From the NCBI RefSeq assembly GCF_006345805.1, contig NC_043005.1:6262001-6326000 (forward strand): a stretch of DNA of 64,000 nt, written 5' to 3'. The translations under genes were made by a program, and so were the position numbers. Shown here one piece after another: positions 36,827-49,106 of the stretch. Each line of letters starts with the position of its first letter. Position 1 is the stretch's first letter. The stretch is from Octopus sinensis. Taxonomy: Eukaryota. The notes under the pieces are model-generated. The model searched no databases. It saw only the letters and a program-made list of their open reading frames with translations, and was not told the DNA's origin.

Positions 36827-36927
36827 ATTTTTTTAAATTTGAGAGCACTGATAATTAACATATGCATCCAACCAAGTGCCATCAAATAACTGAAACCTAA
36901 TTATAATTATGCACATAATTATAGAAT

Positions 36928-36962
<35 letters not shown>

Positions 36963-37782
36963 TATACACTTACATACACATATACATGTTTTTTTTTAAT
37001 GGCACTCCATTGGCGTTAGGAAGGGCATCCAGCTGTAGAAACACTGCCAGATCAGACTGGGCCTGGCGCAGCCTTCTGACTTCCCAGACCCCAGTTGAAC
37101 CGTCCAACCCATGCCAGCATGGAAAACGGACGTTAAACGATGATGATGATGATGATGATGAGGTGTATTGTGCTGTATTGAGAGGGGAGAAAACTCATAC
37201 AATGACATGATTTGCCTTCAGTGTGCTAAAGGTTAAGTACATAAATGTTAGTATATTTTAGGCAGTCAGTATAGTAACTCATTATATATATATATATATA
37301 TATATATATTCCCTACCCTATTAACCAAAATATACAAATCTAAAACATAACAAATATACTTCGTGTCTGAAAAAGTTTAAGGTTTGCACAAATATTAATT
37401 GAAGAGTAAATTTATAGAACAGCAAGGATTCGTCAGACTTTAGATGGAAAGGTCAGAAATCTGTTTATGAATCTAACAGAATCTACAGAGATGTAAAGCA
37501 TACATCAGCACTTGCACATGCACACATGCGCACAACCAGACTAGAGGTATGTGCAGAAACATGACACCCCTCAAACCAAACCATACACAACACACACAAA
37601 GGGAGTTAATGATATACAAACAATTAATCTAGGTATACACATTCACACACACAACACACACACACACACATACACATTCCTCACCCCCCCTATCTCTCTT
37701 TCTCTTTTTTTAAGCACAGAGTCTCACACATGCAAAGAAATGAAAACCATGCATAAGTAACTGCACACAGTGAGAATTAGAT

Positions 37783-37821
<39 letters not shown>

Positions 37822-37840
37822 CACACACACACACACACAC

Positions 37841-38323
37841 ATAACAGAGAGCTTTGTGCTTTTACACATTCAACTTCTTTGAAAATCTTCAGGTGACCTT
37901 TAGCTTTAGGGACAAATTCCTGTGATATGCTTCTGTAATAATGAAACCTAAAAGGAAGATCAAAGTGTATTTTTGTACTTTGTTAATGAGACCAAAACAA
38001 ATTCTCTTGGTCTCAATCCCATGAAAATACCTGAAACCAAAATTTGCTGCTACAAATTATTAGAAACTAGCTTCAAGGCCACCATATCAGGCAGCTTTTA
38101 AGCTAGCTCCTGTGGAGGGCTCTTCATTCGGCCTTGAGCCCAACAATGACACTTGATACATTGAGTACATATTAGATTTTATTAAACTTTAATATTTTTG
38201 AAGCAATGAACAATTTGCATCCAAACAATGATATATGTGGACTTAGAACTTATTGCAAAGCTGCATGATAAACAACGTTTTTCGTCTTCCCATTCGGGGT
38301 TCAGTACAATTTTTTTCTGTCTA

Positions 38324-38363
<40 letters not shown>

Positions 38364-39465
38364 GTTGATTGTTTTCAACCATCACCATCACCAGTACCAC
38401 CACCATCACCACCACACACCATTCAGACTTCTCACACCACCACCATCAACACCTTTGACTTCGCCAACCTCCTCTCCACCACCATCACCACTGTGTTTCA
38501 CATCCCTTACTATCACCGTCATGCTTGACTGCCTCAGCTATCACTACCACCACCACCACCACCATGACCTTGCTTGAATATTTTTTTTTCATGTGCCAGC
38601 TTTTTACATGCCACCAGCATGGAAGCTAGTCAGCATCCCTGGCAACGATATACAACAGGCTTCTTTCAGTTTCTATCCACCAAATCCACTCATGAGGCTT
38701 TGGTCAGCCCAGGGCTATAGTAGAAGACATTTGCCCAAGGTACCATGCAGTGGAACTGAACCGAGAACCATGTGGTAAAGAATCAAAGCCATAGAAACCA
38801 GGGCAAAGCTGACAATGGATAACAAAAAGAAACCTCAGCCTTAAGTAAATGAATATAATTATATGTGTGTGTGTATGTAAATATATATGTATATTTTTAC
38901 AAGGAAACCTTTTCCTTGTGTGCACATATATATATATATATATATTTTTTATTCTTTTACTTGTTTCAGTCATTTTCACTGTGGCCTTGCTGGAGCACCA
39001 CCTTTTTAAATATATATATATATACATTTGTTTTCCATGTGAAGTTATATAAAGAAAACAATTTCAATATTAACAAAGAATTACTCAAAACATTTTCGTA
39101 GAGTACAAATTTTTACAAGGTAACCTTTCCCTCATAAATGTGTGGGGGGTGGGGCGGACAGGCGGATAGATCAGAAACTTCTGACATCCTCTGTGATCAA
39201 GTCAGTGAAACCTGAAGTTAGAGGTTCTTAATTTTCCAAGAAATATTTTTCTTTGATTTTTTAAAGTTATCTTCTAATGATTAATGTATTAAACATCTGC
39301 TTCGGTGAAAGGATAGAGCAAAGTCTTAGTAGTTTTGAAACCATCTGAAGCAGCATCTGGAATTGATCTTTGTTCCCTTGTCTTCCTCATTCTATCCATC
39401 ATTCACGGGCATCAAACATAGATATAATCACTCTAACACGGTTACATGCCAAAAATGCACACACA

Positions 39466-39518
<53 letters not shown>

Positions 39519-40005
39519 ACAGAGAGCTTTGTGCTTTTACACATTCAACTTCTTTGAAAATCTTCAGGTGACCTTTAGCTTTAGGGACAAATTCCTGTGA
39601 TATGCTTCTGTAATAATGAAACCTAAAAGGAAGACCAAAGTGTATTTTTGTACTTTGTTAATGAGACCAAAACAAATCGTCTTGGTCTCAATCCCATGAA
39701 AATACCTGAAACCAAAATTTGCTGCTACAAATTATTAGAAACTAGCTTCAAGGCCACCATATCAGGCAGCTTTTAAGCTAGCTCCTGTGGAGGGCTCTTC
39801 ATTCGGCCTTCAGCCCAACAATGACACTTGATACATTGAGTACATATTAGATTTTATTAAACTTTAATATTTTTGAAGCAATGAACAATTTGCATCCAAA
39901 CAATGATATATGTGGACTTAGAACTTATTGCAAAGCTGCATGATAAACAACGTTTTTCGTCTTCCCATTCGGGGTTCAGTACAATTTTTTTCTGTCTAAC
40001 CTCTT

Positions 40006-40038
<33 letters not shown>

Positions 40039-41128
40039 TGATTGTTTTCAACCATCACCATCACCAGTACCACCACCATCACCACCACACACCATTCAGA
40101 CTTCTCACACCACCACCATCAACACCTTTGACTTCGCCAACCTCCTCTCCACCACCATCACCACTGTGTTTCACATCCCTTACTATCACCGTCATGCTTG
40201 ACTGCCTCAGCTATCACTACCACCACCACCACCACCACCATGACCTTGCTTGAATATTTTTTTTTCATGTGCCAGCTTTTTACATGCCACCAGCATGGAA
40301 GCTAGTCAGCATCCCTGGCAACGATATACAACAGGCTTCTTTCAGTTTCTATCCACCAAATCCACTCATGAGGCTTTGGTCAGCCCAGGGCTATAGTAGA
40401 AGACATTTGCCCAAGGTACCATGCAGTGGAACTGAACCGAGAACCATGTGGTAAAGAATCAAAGCCATAGAAACCAGGGCAAAGCTGACAATGGATAACA
40501 AAAAGAAACCTCAGCCTTAAGTAAATGAATATAATTATATGTGTGTGTGTATGTAAATATATATGTATATTTTTACAAGGAAACCTTTTCCTTGTGTGCA
40601 CATATATATATATATTTTTTATTCTTTTACTTGTTTCAGTCATTTTCACTGTGGCCTTGCTGGAGCACCACCTTTTTAAATATATATATATATACATTTG
40701 TTTTCCATGTGAAGTTATATAAAGAAAAACAATTTCAATATTAAACAAAGAATTACTCAAAACATTTTCGTAGAGTACAAATTTTTACAAGGTAACCTTT
40801 CCCTCATAAATGTGTGGGGGGTGGGGCGGACAGGCGGATAGATCAGAAACTTCTGACATCCTCTGTGATCAAGTCAGTGAAACCTGAAGTTAGAGGTTCT
40901 TAATTTTCCAAGAAATATTTTTCTTTGATTTTTTAAAGTTATCTTCTAATGATTAATGTATTAAACATCTGCTTCGGTGAAAGGATAGAGCAAAGTCTTA
41001 GTAGTTTTGAAACCATCTGAAGCAGCATCTGGAATTGATCTTTGTTCCCTTGTCTTCCTCATTCTATCCATCATTCACGGGCATCAAACATAGATATAAT
41101 CACTCTAACACGGTTACATGCCAAAAAT

Positions 41129-41129
<1 letters not shown>
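37841..41129. repeat. Tandem duplication of ~1.67 kb (37841..39457 and 39516..41129)
   Basis: Copies are identical apart from a few substitutions and microsatellite-length differences; bounded and separated by (CA)n tracts. Confidence 0.95.
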
Positions 41130-41164
<35 letters not shown>

Positions 41165-41548
41165 ATATACATATTTGATATTTGCATGTATGTGTTTGTG
41201 CTTATTTATATATGCATATGTGTATTGTGCATGTGTGTAGACACACACACACATATATATGTGTGTGTATGCGCATATATTTACATATATAAAATTATAC
41301 ATATGTATATATATATATATATACATACACATATATAAATATAATCCAAAAACGAAATATATATATATGTATATTATATAACTATATGTATATACATATA
41401 TAACTATATATATATAAATATAACTATATGTATACACACACACACACATACACACACATACATACATATATATATATAAATAAACTATATGTATACACAC
41501 ACACACACATACACACACATACATACATATATATATATAATATATAAC

Positions 41549-41580
<32 letters not shown>

Positions 41581-41604
41581 TATATATATATATGTATATA
41601 TATG

Positions 41605-41642
<38 letters not shown>

Positions 41643-41645
41643 TAA
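41130..41645. repeat. Compound CA/TA/TATG low-complexity tract with a local ~60-bp duplication
   Basis: Direct observation. Confidence 0.9.
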
Positions 41646-42011
41646 GAATGAATGTTTTTATATATAATGAACGTGAAATACAGGAAGGGACGAACACGGA
41701 ACACAGACAAATCATTCGAAGCCTTCAATCTTCAGTCAGACACCGAATCATCATAGCAAATTTCGGCTGTTCAATTCTGGTATTTGCTCCAACTCGGCCA
41801 GCCCCAAGAAAAAAAACTAAGCTGTAAGCATTAGATTTCTTGGTAGAAGACAGGAATGTGAACGCACAAGACGGATGTGAATACAAGAGACGAAAACGAA
41901 ATTGAAAACAGTAATGAAAAAACAAAATATATATAACGGTGGTTGTCATACGACTTTAGACCAAATGAGACAAAACAACAACAACATAATATATATATAT
42001 ATATATAAATA

Positions 42012-42046
<35 letters not shown>

Positions 42047-43229
42047 CTATATGTATATGTGTATATGTGTGTGTGTGGATATATTTATGGATATGTGCAT
42101 ATATGTGAATATGTGTGTGTTTTGTGTATATATCTGTTTATATACGTATGTATATATATCTGTGCGTATATATACACATAAAGTGTGCTATGTGTTGCTT
42201 GCTACACCTTATGCTCACAATTAATGCTCGTGAGGTTTTTTCTCCCCCTTTCAAACCAGTCACCGTTTCACCGTTTTCGGCACCAATCAGGCTTCTGGTT
42301 ACCTTCATTTCAATAATCAGACATGAACCGCTGGTGTTTTGGTGTTTACTCAAACAGATGGGGTGTATTTTTCTTAAAAATAGAAATGTTTATTTGGGAG
42401 TAAAGGAAATATGTAGAGTTACTTATGAGGGGCCGCAGAGGGAATGGCGGTTACCATCTTGCCGAAGAAGAAGAAGAAAATAAATTATCTCAGTGTGATA
42501 TTCCAGCATTAAAGTTTGGAAAGGATCGAGTTTCAAGACAGTAATTTAATAAGGATTCTATTGGGGGGGAATGAAGTTTCATGAAAATGTATCAAAGCTC
42601 ACCTGCAGAACTGTCTGACAAGGAGAGAGAGGGAAAGTGGGAGAGTGAGAGAGAGAGAGAGAGAGGGGGGAGAAGGAGAGGGAGAGGGAGAGACAGAGAG
42701 AGCATACACCACATAGTTGCTTGATTTACTAGCAATAGCAACCAAGTTTTCTTCGAATCACACACAATCCCAACTTGAAGAAATTAATGCATTGGATTAA
42801 GTTTGGGATCAGGATAAACACTGACTGGGAAAAGATGATGATTGTTAATTGAATGTCTTTAATTATTATGGATCTTGCTTGATCTTGGCTGAGCTGAGAC
42901 TAAACAACAACAACAACAACAACAACAACTACTACTACTACTACTACCACCACTACTACAAATAATAATAATAATAATAATAACAATGTCTCCAAATTTT
43001 GGTACAAGGCCATCAAGTTTTAGGGTGAGGTAAGTCAACCTCGACAGAATTTAAACTCAGAATGTAAAGACACATAAAATGCCACTAAGCATTTTATCCA
43101 GTATGCCAACTCACTAGCTGCTACTTCACATAAGTTTCTATACTATGATGATGGTAAATGTAAATAAATTGGACTGTTTATTTTTAATGAAGAAAACAAT
43201 GGTTTAACACCAGCAGAAACTGAATCTCT

Positions 43230-43375
43230 TATTAATGATGATGATGATGGTGATAGTGATGGTGATGGTGGTGATGACGATGATGACGATGATGATGATA
43301 GTGGTGACGGTGATGATGATGATGACGATGATGACGATGACAATGACGATGACGATGACGATGACAATGATGATG
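43230..43375. repeat. Cryptic (GAT/GAC/GGT)n trinucleotide tract
   Basis: Direct observation; explains the poly-Ser ORF. Confidence 0.9.
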
Positions 43376-43723
43376 GACTCTTATCAAAGATGGCGATAAT
43401 AGTGTTTAGCTTTTTTGCTGAACGACCTTCGCAAATGATTTTGTTTATAGTGATCAAATGTGCATGCTGGACATTAGCTCACTCCCTCCATCAAATCGAC
43501 ATTGTCTGAACAGGTGGACGGTGTACCACATGTCAGGTGTCGAAGTGATTGCAGAGTAACATGAGATGAAGTGTTTTGCTCAAGAATAAAATGCACCACT
43601 CGGTCCAGGGATTGAAACTACCATCTGGTGATCGTGAGTGCAACAGACTAACCACAAAGCCATGCATTCTAATAATAATAATAATAATTAATAATAATAA
43701 CAATAATAATAATAATAATAAAT

Positions 43724-44283
43724 ACCCTGACGCAATACCAGACGGTGGTTCTCATAGCTTCAGATCTTAACTGATTGGAAGTGTTATCATGTACATTGTT
43801 TTGTCTTGGTATAAAAGATGGGCTACAACAAATATTCTGCTCAATTCCACAGATTTGCTTGTCAGTTGTTTGACCGTAACCAGTTGAGCATGTCCCTTAG
43901 TGGCTGACGATATGTGCATCTCTGATCACGAGCAGAAGTATTGGGGGAGCATCATAGCCATGTGTTGAGAGGAATTCTTTTGGGTTTGGATAATTCACCT
44001 CTGGAAACATGGGTGGTTCATTCAACATCCTTAAACAACCCTTATTCAGGGACCTTTTGAGAGGGATGGGTAACTCGACCAGAAGAACATTCTAACTGGG
44101 CCCCACCTGCAAGGTCATGTGCTGTTTATCTTGATATGAGATCACCATGTCACGCACATATGGTTGTGATGCATGTGCCTGGTGTACCCTTATCAAACGG
44201 GTGGTCATGGTGGGTATACTGAAATTCGTATATTTTACTCCAGTGTCACTTTGATAGCATGCACTGCTCTCTCACTCAATAAT
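43724..44283. repeat. Unclassified ~560-bp element between AAT tracts
   Basis: Complex, moderately GC-rich block with sharp (AAT)n boundaries and no convincing ORF; a single copy in this window. Confidence 0.4.
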
Positions 44284-44303
44284 AACAATGAGGAGGAGGA
44301 GGT

Positions 44304-44429
44304 GAAGAAGAAGAAGAAGAAGAAGAAGAAGAAGAAGAAGAAGAAGAAGAAGAAGAAGAAGAAGAAGAAGAAGAAGAAGAAGAAGAAGAAGAAGAAGAAG
44401 AAGAAGAAGAAGAAGAAGAAGAAGAAGAA
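44304..44429. repeat. Pure (GAA)n tract, about 42 units
   Basis: Direct observation. Confidence 0.98.
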
Positions 44430-45330
44430 TTTGTTGGTTGATTTCTCCAGTCATGCAGAGAGATAGAGAAAGTTAACATAGGCTTGGTGACAGGTAATGA
44501 GTAAACACTATACTCACACAACAGGAGAGAAAAAGAGAGAGGAAGAGGAGAGGGAGTAAATGACATTCGTTATGGGAGGAGTTATACACAGGAGAAGATT
44601 AGTATTCATTTGAAGATTAGTATTCATTTCATCATTTCGTATAAGCACCAAGAAATTTGATAAAAGCTGGATTATAATTCTTGATGCATGCCATATTTCC
44701 TGATATTACCTTTGATGGTAGAAGTAGACTTGTAAAGTTATTTGTCACATGAGAAGCAACACTCTAGTTGCCATCCAAAGGCTGGTATTTCATTCATTTC
44801 CTGTATATAGAAGCCCCTGAAAGGTGTATTTCTTTGAGGTTTTGTTTTTCTGACTCAGTTATGTTTTCTTCAATTGTTTAGATGAAGGATATAACAAACA
44901 ACGTTATTCAAACAGCAAAACCCAAAGGAACAGATATCTTCGTTTGTATATCATTCCATGCTGTCAGGAAGGGTGGAAGGAAGCCACAATATTCTATGAA
45001 TTACAGAAACATTCTTAGAATTGCCTAAACAGAATTGGAGAGTAGGGGTAGATATTCATTGATAGGTTTTGGTTGTCAAGGTGTAACAGATGTATTCACT
45101 AAATACATAACTGTGTCTGTGAGGGGGTATGTGCACACACGGGTGTGCATGCGTGTGTGTATTATATGTATGTGTGTGTCTAACAAGTGATGTTCATTTC
45201 CTGTCTTCCATGAAAAATGTGTCTGGCTGTGGGGTATATATTACCTTGCATGGAGACAGGTACGGGTTGGTGACAGGAAGGGTATCCTGTCTGATTCATG
45301 CAAAGATAGAAGAGTGGATCTTAAATTATG

Positions 45331-45364
<34 letters not shown>

Positions 45365-45781
45365 CAGATTTGCCTGAGTCTACTCCTTCAAGCATAAGAT
45401 TACATTACCAAACATTTTTTTTTTTCAAACTGTTTTTAAAAAAATAAATAATTTGGTGATAAATAATCATTATATGTTCTTTAATGACAAATTCTCCTAA
45501 TGGTGCTAATTAAAGACTGTGTGTGCTCCCTGCATTAAATATGTTAACACTGTGAATACCAAATCATTTTCCTCCCAGCAGACATATACAGATAAAGCTG
45601 ATGAGATGTAAATTAATAACTTAACGAAACAAGTCTGAAATTGCCTCCCACACTTTGTGAAAGGATTTAAAATAATATCAGTTAATAACTATTAATATTA
45701 TTATTATTATTATTATTATTATTTTTCCTTCTTTCTACAAATTTTCTTCCGTTTCTTGCCGAGTGTTTTCCGTACACTTAG

Positions 45782-45832
45782 GGCAGAGAAGCTCATTGTA
45801 GGCATTCACAGATTACACATGCAAACTCACAG
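45782..45832 (+). CDS. Candidate 51-nt symmetric exon
   Basis: Long pyrimidine tract ...TTTTCCGTACACTTAG|, CAG|GTAAAA donor, two open frames (GREAHCRHSQITHANSQ or AEKLIVGIHRLHMQTH). Confidence 0.35.
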
Positions 45833-45964
45833 GTAAAATATGTATTTAAAAAATTAATAAATAAATTAATTCATGAATGGATGTTGTTTTCACAGCGATA
45901 ATGCTCTTCTCTATAATTATTATTATTATTATTATGATTATGATTATCATTATTATTATTATTA

Positions 45965-46262
45965 TTCTATGTTTGATTTTTTCTTTATGTCTGTACAAGT
46001 TGGTTCCAAGTCTCACCCAGAGACCTCAAGAGACAACAGGTTGGAAGTTCACGTTGTTGTTATGCCTAGTGTGCCATATATTTGGTTTTTTTTGTGTTGT
46101 ACTAGTGAATGTCTAATACATAATTTTAAAAAAAAAAACCTTTTTTTTTAAACCTTGGGATTACATAGAGAGTATTTTGCGTAGGATATGAGCAGTTCCC
46201 ATGAGCACTATCTTTTGAATTTCTGCCATTTTGGGGTTTCCTGGTATCTGAGTTAGGTAGCA
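45965..46262 (-). mobile_element. Severely 5'-truncated R4/Dong-type insertion within (TAA)n
   Basis: Minus strand PGNPKMAEIQKIVLMGTAHILRKILSM* matches the C-terminus at 23560..23599. 3' UTR motif GAGGTCTCTGGGTGAGACTTG resembles GAGGTCCTTGGTGTGACTTG at about 23600. AAT tracts on both sides. Confidence 0.8.
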
Positions 46263-46276
46263 ATCTATTATTATTA

Positions 46277-46314
<38 letters not shown>

Positions 46315-47162
46315 TTGTTTACAAGACAGTTAACATATTTGGTGATCTTGAGCTTTGAGTACATGTATCTGTGATACTGTTAATGAAACCAGAACAATCT
46401 GGGAAAATACAAAAATGGAACTGGGTCTCCTGGGGAAGCAGAACAAACATGTAAATGTTTAAAGGTCAATAAATCACGTGAAATAGAAAGATATTAATTT
46501 AATATTTTCCTTGGTTAAATTTTTTCAAACTTCTAAAGACTGTTTCTAGTTTATTTCCATTATTGCTAAGGCAGTAGGCTGGCCGAATCGTTAGCATACT
46601 TGGCAAAATACTGAGCGGTATTTTGTCCATCTTTACATACTGAGTTCAAATTCCGCCTAGGTCAACTTTGCCTTTCATCCATTTGGGGTCGATAAAATAA
46701 GTACCAGTCGAGCACTGAGGTCAATATAATCGACCAGCCTCCTCCCCACAAATTTCAGGCCATGTACCATTAACAGAAAGAATTATTATTGTTGCTCTTG
46801 TTTGAGTGTTGGGTTATTTTTCTCATAATCTTTGGTTTACGACACAACCAACTTGTAACATGTACATTGAAGTATGATTATTATGTTATTTGTAGGCTCT
46901 TGGAAGTTTAACAACTTTGTTGTTAAAGTAGAAACAAAATTGTTGCAATTAAAAAAACCTGAATATTCTGATAGATAAAAATGAAATACTTACGGGTTAT
47001 TAAACAAATTATTTAATAAGTAACTTTTAAGCATTTAAATATTCATTCCACTTACTTGAGATATTCAAGAGTATTTTTGTATTTTCCCACCAGAATGTTA
47101 ACTTTCATTTTTAGTCCTGCAGATATCTGTCTATCTGTCTGTCTATTTATCTATCTAAATAA

Positions 47163-47388
47163 GCAACAGGACATCCAGAGATGATGCACTATGACTGTTT
47201 CAAGTGGCTCCATTTAATTGAACAATGCAATCATTATATCAATTTAAATGCAGGGCTATCCTCAGCTGCACAAATAAATAAATAGAATTTTTTTAATCAG
47301 TTGGACACATTTGTATAGTTTTTCATAAGTCCTCTAAATGGAGCCACTTGAAACAATCATACTGCATCACTTCTGGATATCCTGTTGC
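47163..47388. mobile_element. MITE with ~54-bp TIRs (Tc1/mariner/pogo-like)
   Basis: GCAACAGGACATCCAGAG...GTGGCTCCATTTA versus TAAATGGAGCCAC...GGATATCCTGTTGC. Confidence 0.85.
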
Positions 47389-47506
47389 ATATTTTGATTT
47401 TATTCACCTTATTTTAAAGTTATACAGATAATACCGCACTAATTTTTGGTGCTTCAACTCAAGTACCTAATGCAACTGAATCTCAGTTATTTTGCATATC
47501 TATCTA

Positions 47507-49106
47507 TCTATATTCTACTAAAACTCAAAGTTTGTTTGTTTTCCTGCCATTTTATTAAGATCATGCTGGTGGCACATAAAAAGCACTATCTGAGTGTGGT
47601 CGATGCCAGTGCCTCCCGACTGGCCCCCATACTGCGGGCACATAAAAAGCACCCACTGCACTCTCGGAGTGGTTGGCATTAGGAAGGGCATCCAGCTGTA
47701 GAAACTTTACCAGATCAGATTGGAGCCTGGTGCAGACTCCTAGCTTGCCAGTCCTCAGTTAAACCGTCCAATTCATACCAGCATGGAAAGTGGATGTTAA
47801 ATGATGATGATGATGATGATGTTAAAGATTACAAATAAAGTAGTAATTTCCCCCTTTAAGATAAAATAAATCAAGTTAAAAATATCGACACTTTAAAGAA
47901 TTGTGTCTGCTGCTGCCGTTTGTCCTTTTTACTTACTTTCTTTTTTCTTCCTTTACTCATTTATACAACTTTCAGAGCACTGTTGACTTGAAAGATAGAA
48001 ATTCTCCCTATATTTTTGAATCACAGGTATCTGATATCTTTTTTTTTTTTTTACTTATAGGGGAAAATCACTGTTTTATTTAAAACAAAATAGAAATACA
48101 AAATGGCTGACGGTTAGTAAGGAGAAACACAAATAAGAAAGAAGAAAACAAAGGACCACTGATGCGGTCACAGGAGTGTGACGAAAGAACTCTGGCCGAA
48201 ATAAGATTAAGATTAATGTAAAAAATAAATAACACTGAAGCAAAATAACACCAAATTTATTGTGCGTGTGTTTTTATTGGCTAAACTGGCAATATGACCG
48301 TTCCGAAATATAAGAATATTAATCTTTATCATCTTAATTGAAAGGCAGAAAAACAGGCTGAGAGACTATCTCTTTATAAATGAAGACCAGTTGCAATGGG
48401 AGGAGCTGAACCTCATAAGAATGGGAAAACAAACAACAACAAATGGGTTGTACGTTATAATGAAACTCTTTTAAGAGCATTCAAATGCCACTGCAACATT
48501 GAAATCGTTGCCTCGGTGAAGTATGTCATCAAGTACACACTGAAAGGAAATGACCAGGCTGCTGTTCAAATAAACAATGATAATGAAATCAGTCAATATC
48601 TAACGGGTAGCTATATTGGACCATCTCGAAGCAGTTGCATCCATTTTAGGATTTTCAATTCACGAAAGACCTCCTGCAATAGTGAGACTGCAAGTTCAAT
48701 TACCAGGTGAACAGAGAATATTGCTCAGAAATAATGAGGATATATATATGGCTGTCAATGAGCAAATTATGAAAACAGCATTGAAAGAATTCTTTTCATT
48801 GAGCATCAATGATGACTTTACGAAAACATTACTTTATGCTGAAGTAGCCATGTATTCCACTTTGAACACAAATAACAAAGAATGGCAAAGAAGAAAGCGA
48901 GGAAAAAAGTTGAAGGCCATTTGAACGTTTTCAAAGAAGAAACACTTGGCCATGTTTCTGTTGTCATAATAAAGGCAAGAGAAACTGTATTATTTGAAAC
49001 TTTTATTGCATGAAGTTTGAAAGAGTATTTTACCTTTTCCTACTGAGTATCAACATTTTCAACTTGGAGTGGTTGTGACCCAACAGGTCACGGCGGGTAT
49101 ATCTAG
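47507..49106 (+). mobile_element. Internally deleted Helitron (with a family D insertion at 47562..47822)
   Basis: 3' hairpin GTGACC-CAACA-GGTCAC followed by CTAG|T at 49103..49107; putative A|TCTATATTCTACTAAAA 5' end; Rep remnants inside. The 5' boundary is less certain. Confidence 0.75.
48396..49018 (+). pseudogene. Helitron Rep (HUH) fragment with frameshifts and stops
   Basis: WVVRYNETLLRAFKCHCNIEI...VKYVIKYTLKG (motif III tyrosines)...EISQYL / ILGFSIHERPPAIVRLQVQLPGEQ...LLYAEV...WQRRKRG / LYYLKLLLHEV. Confidence 0.9.

Noticed and set aside
45590-45640. CTGATGA...GAAAC-AA-GTC motif
   Set aside because: No stem I complementarity and a poor stem II.
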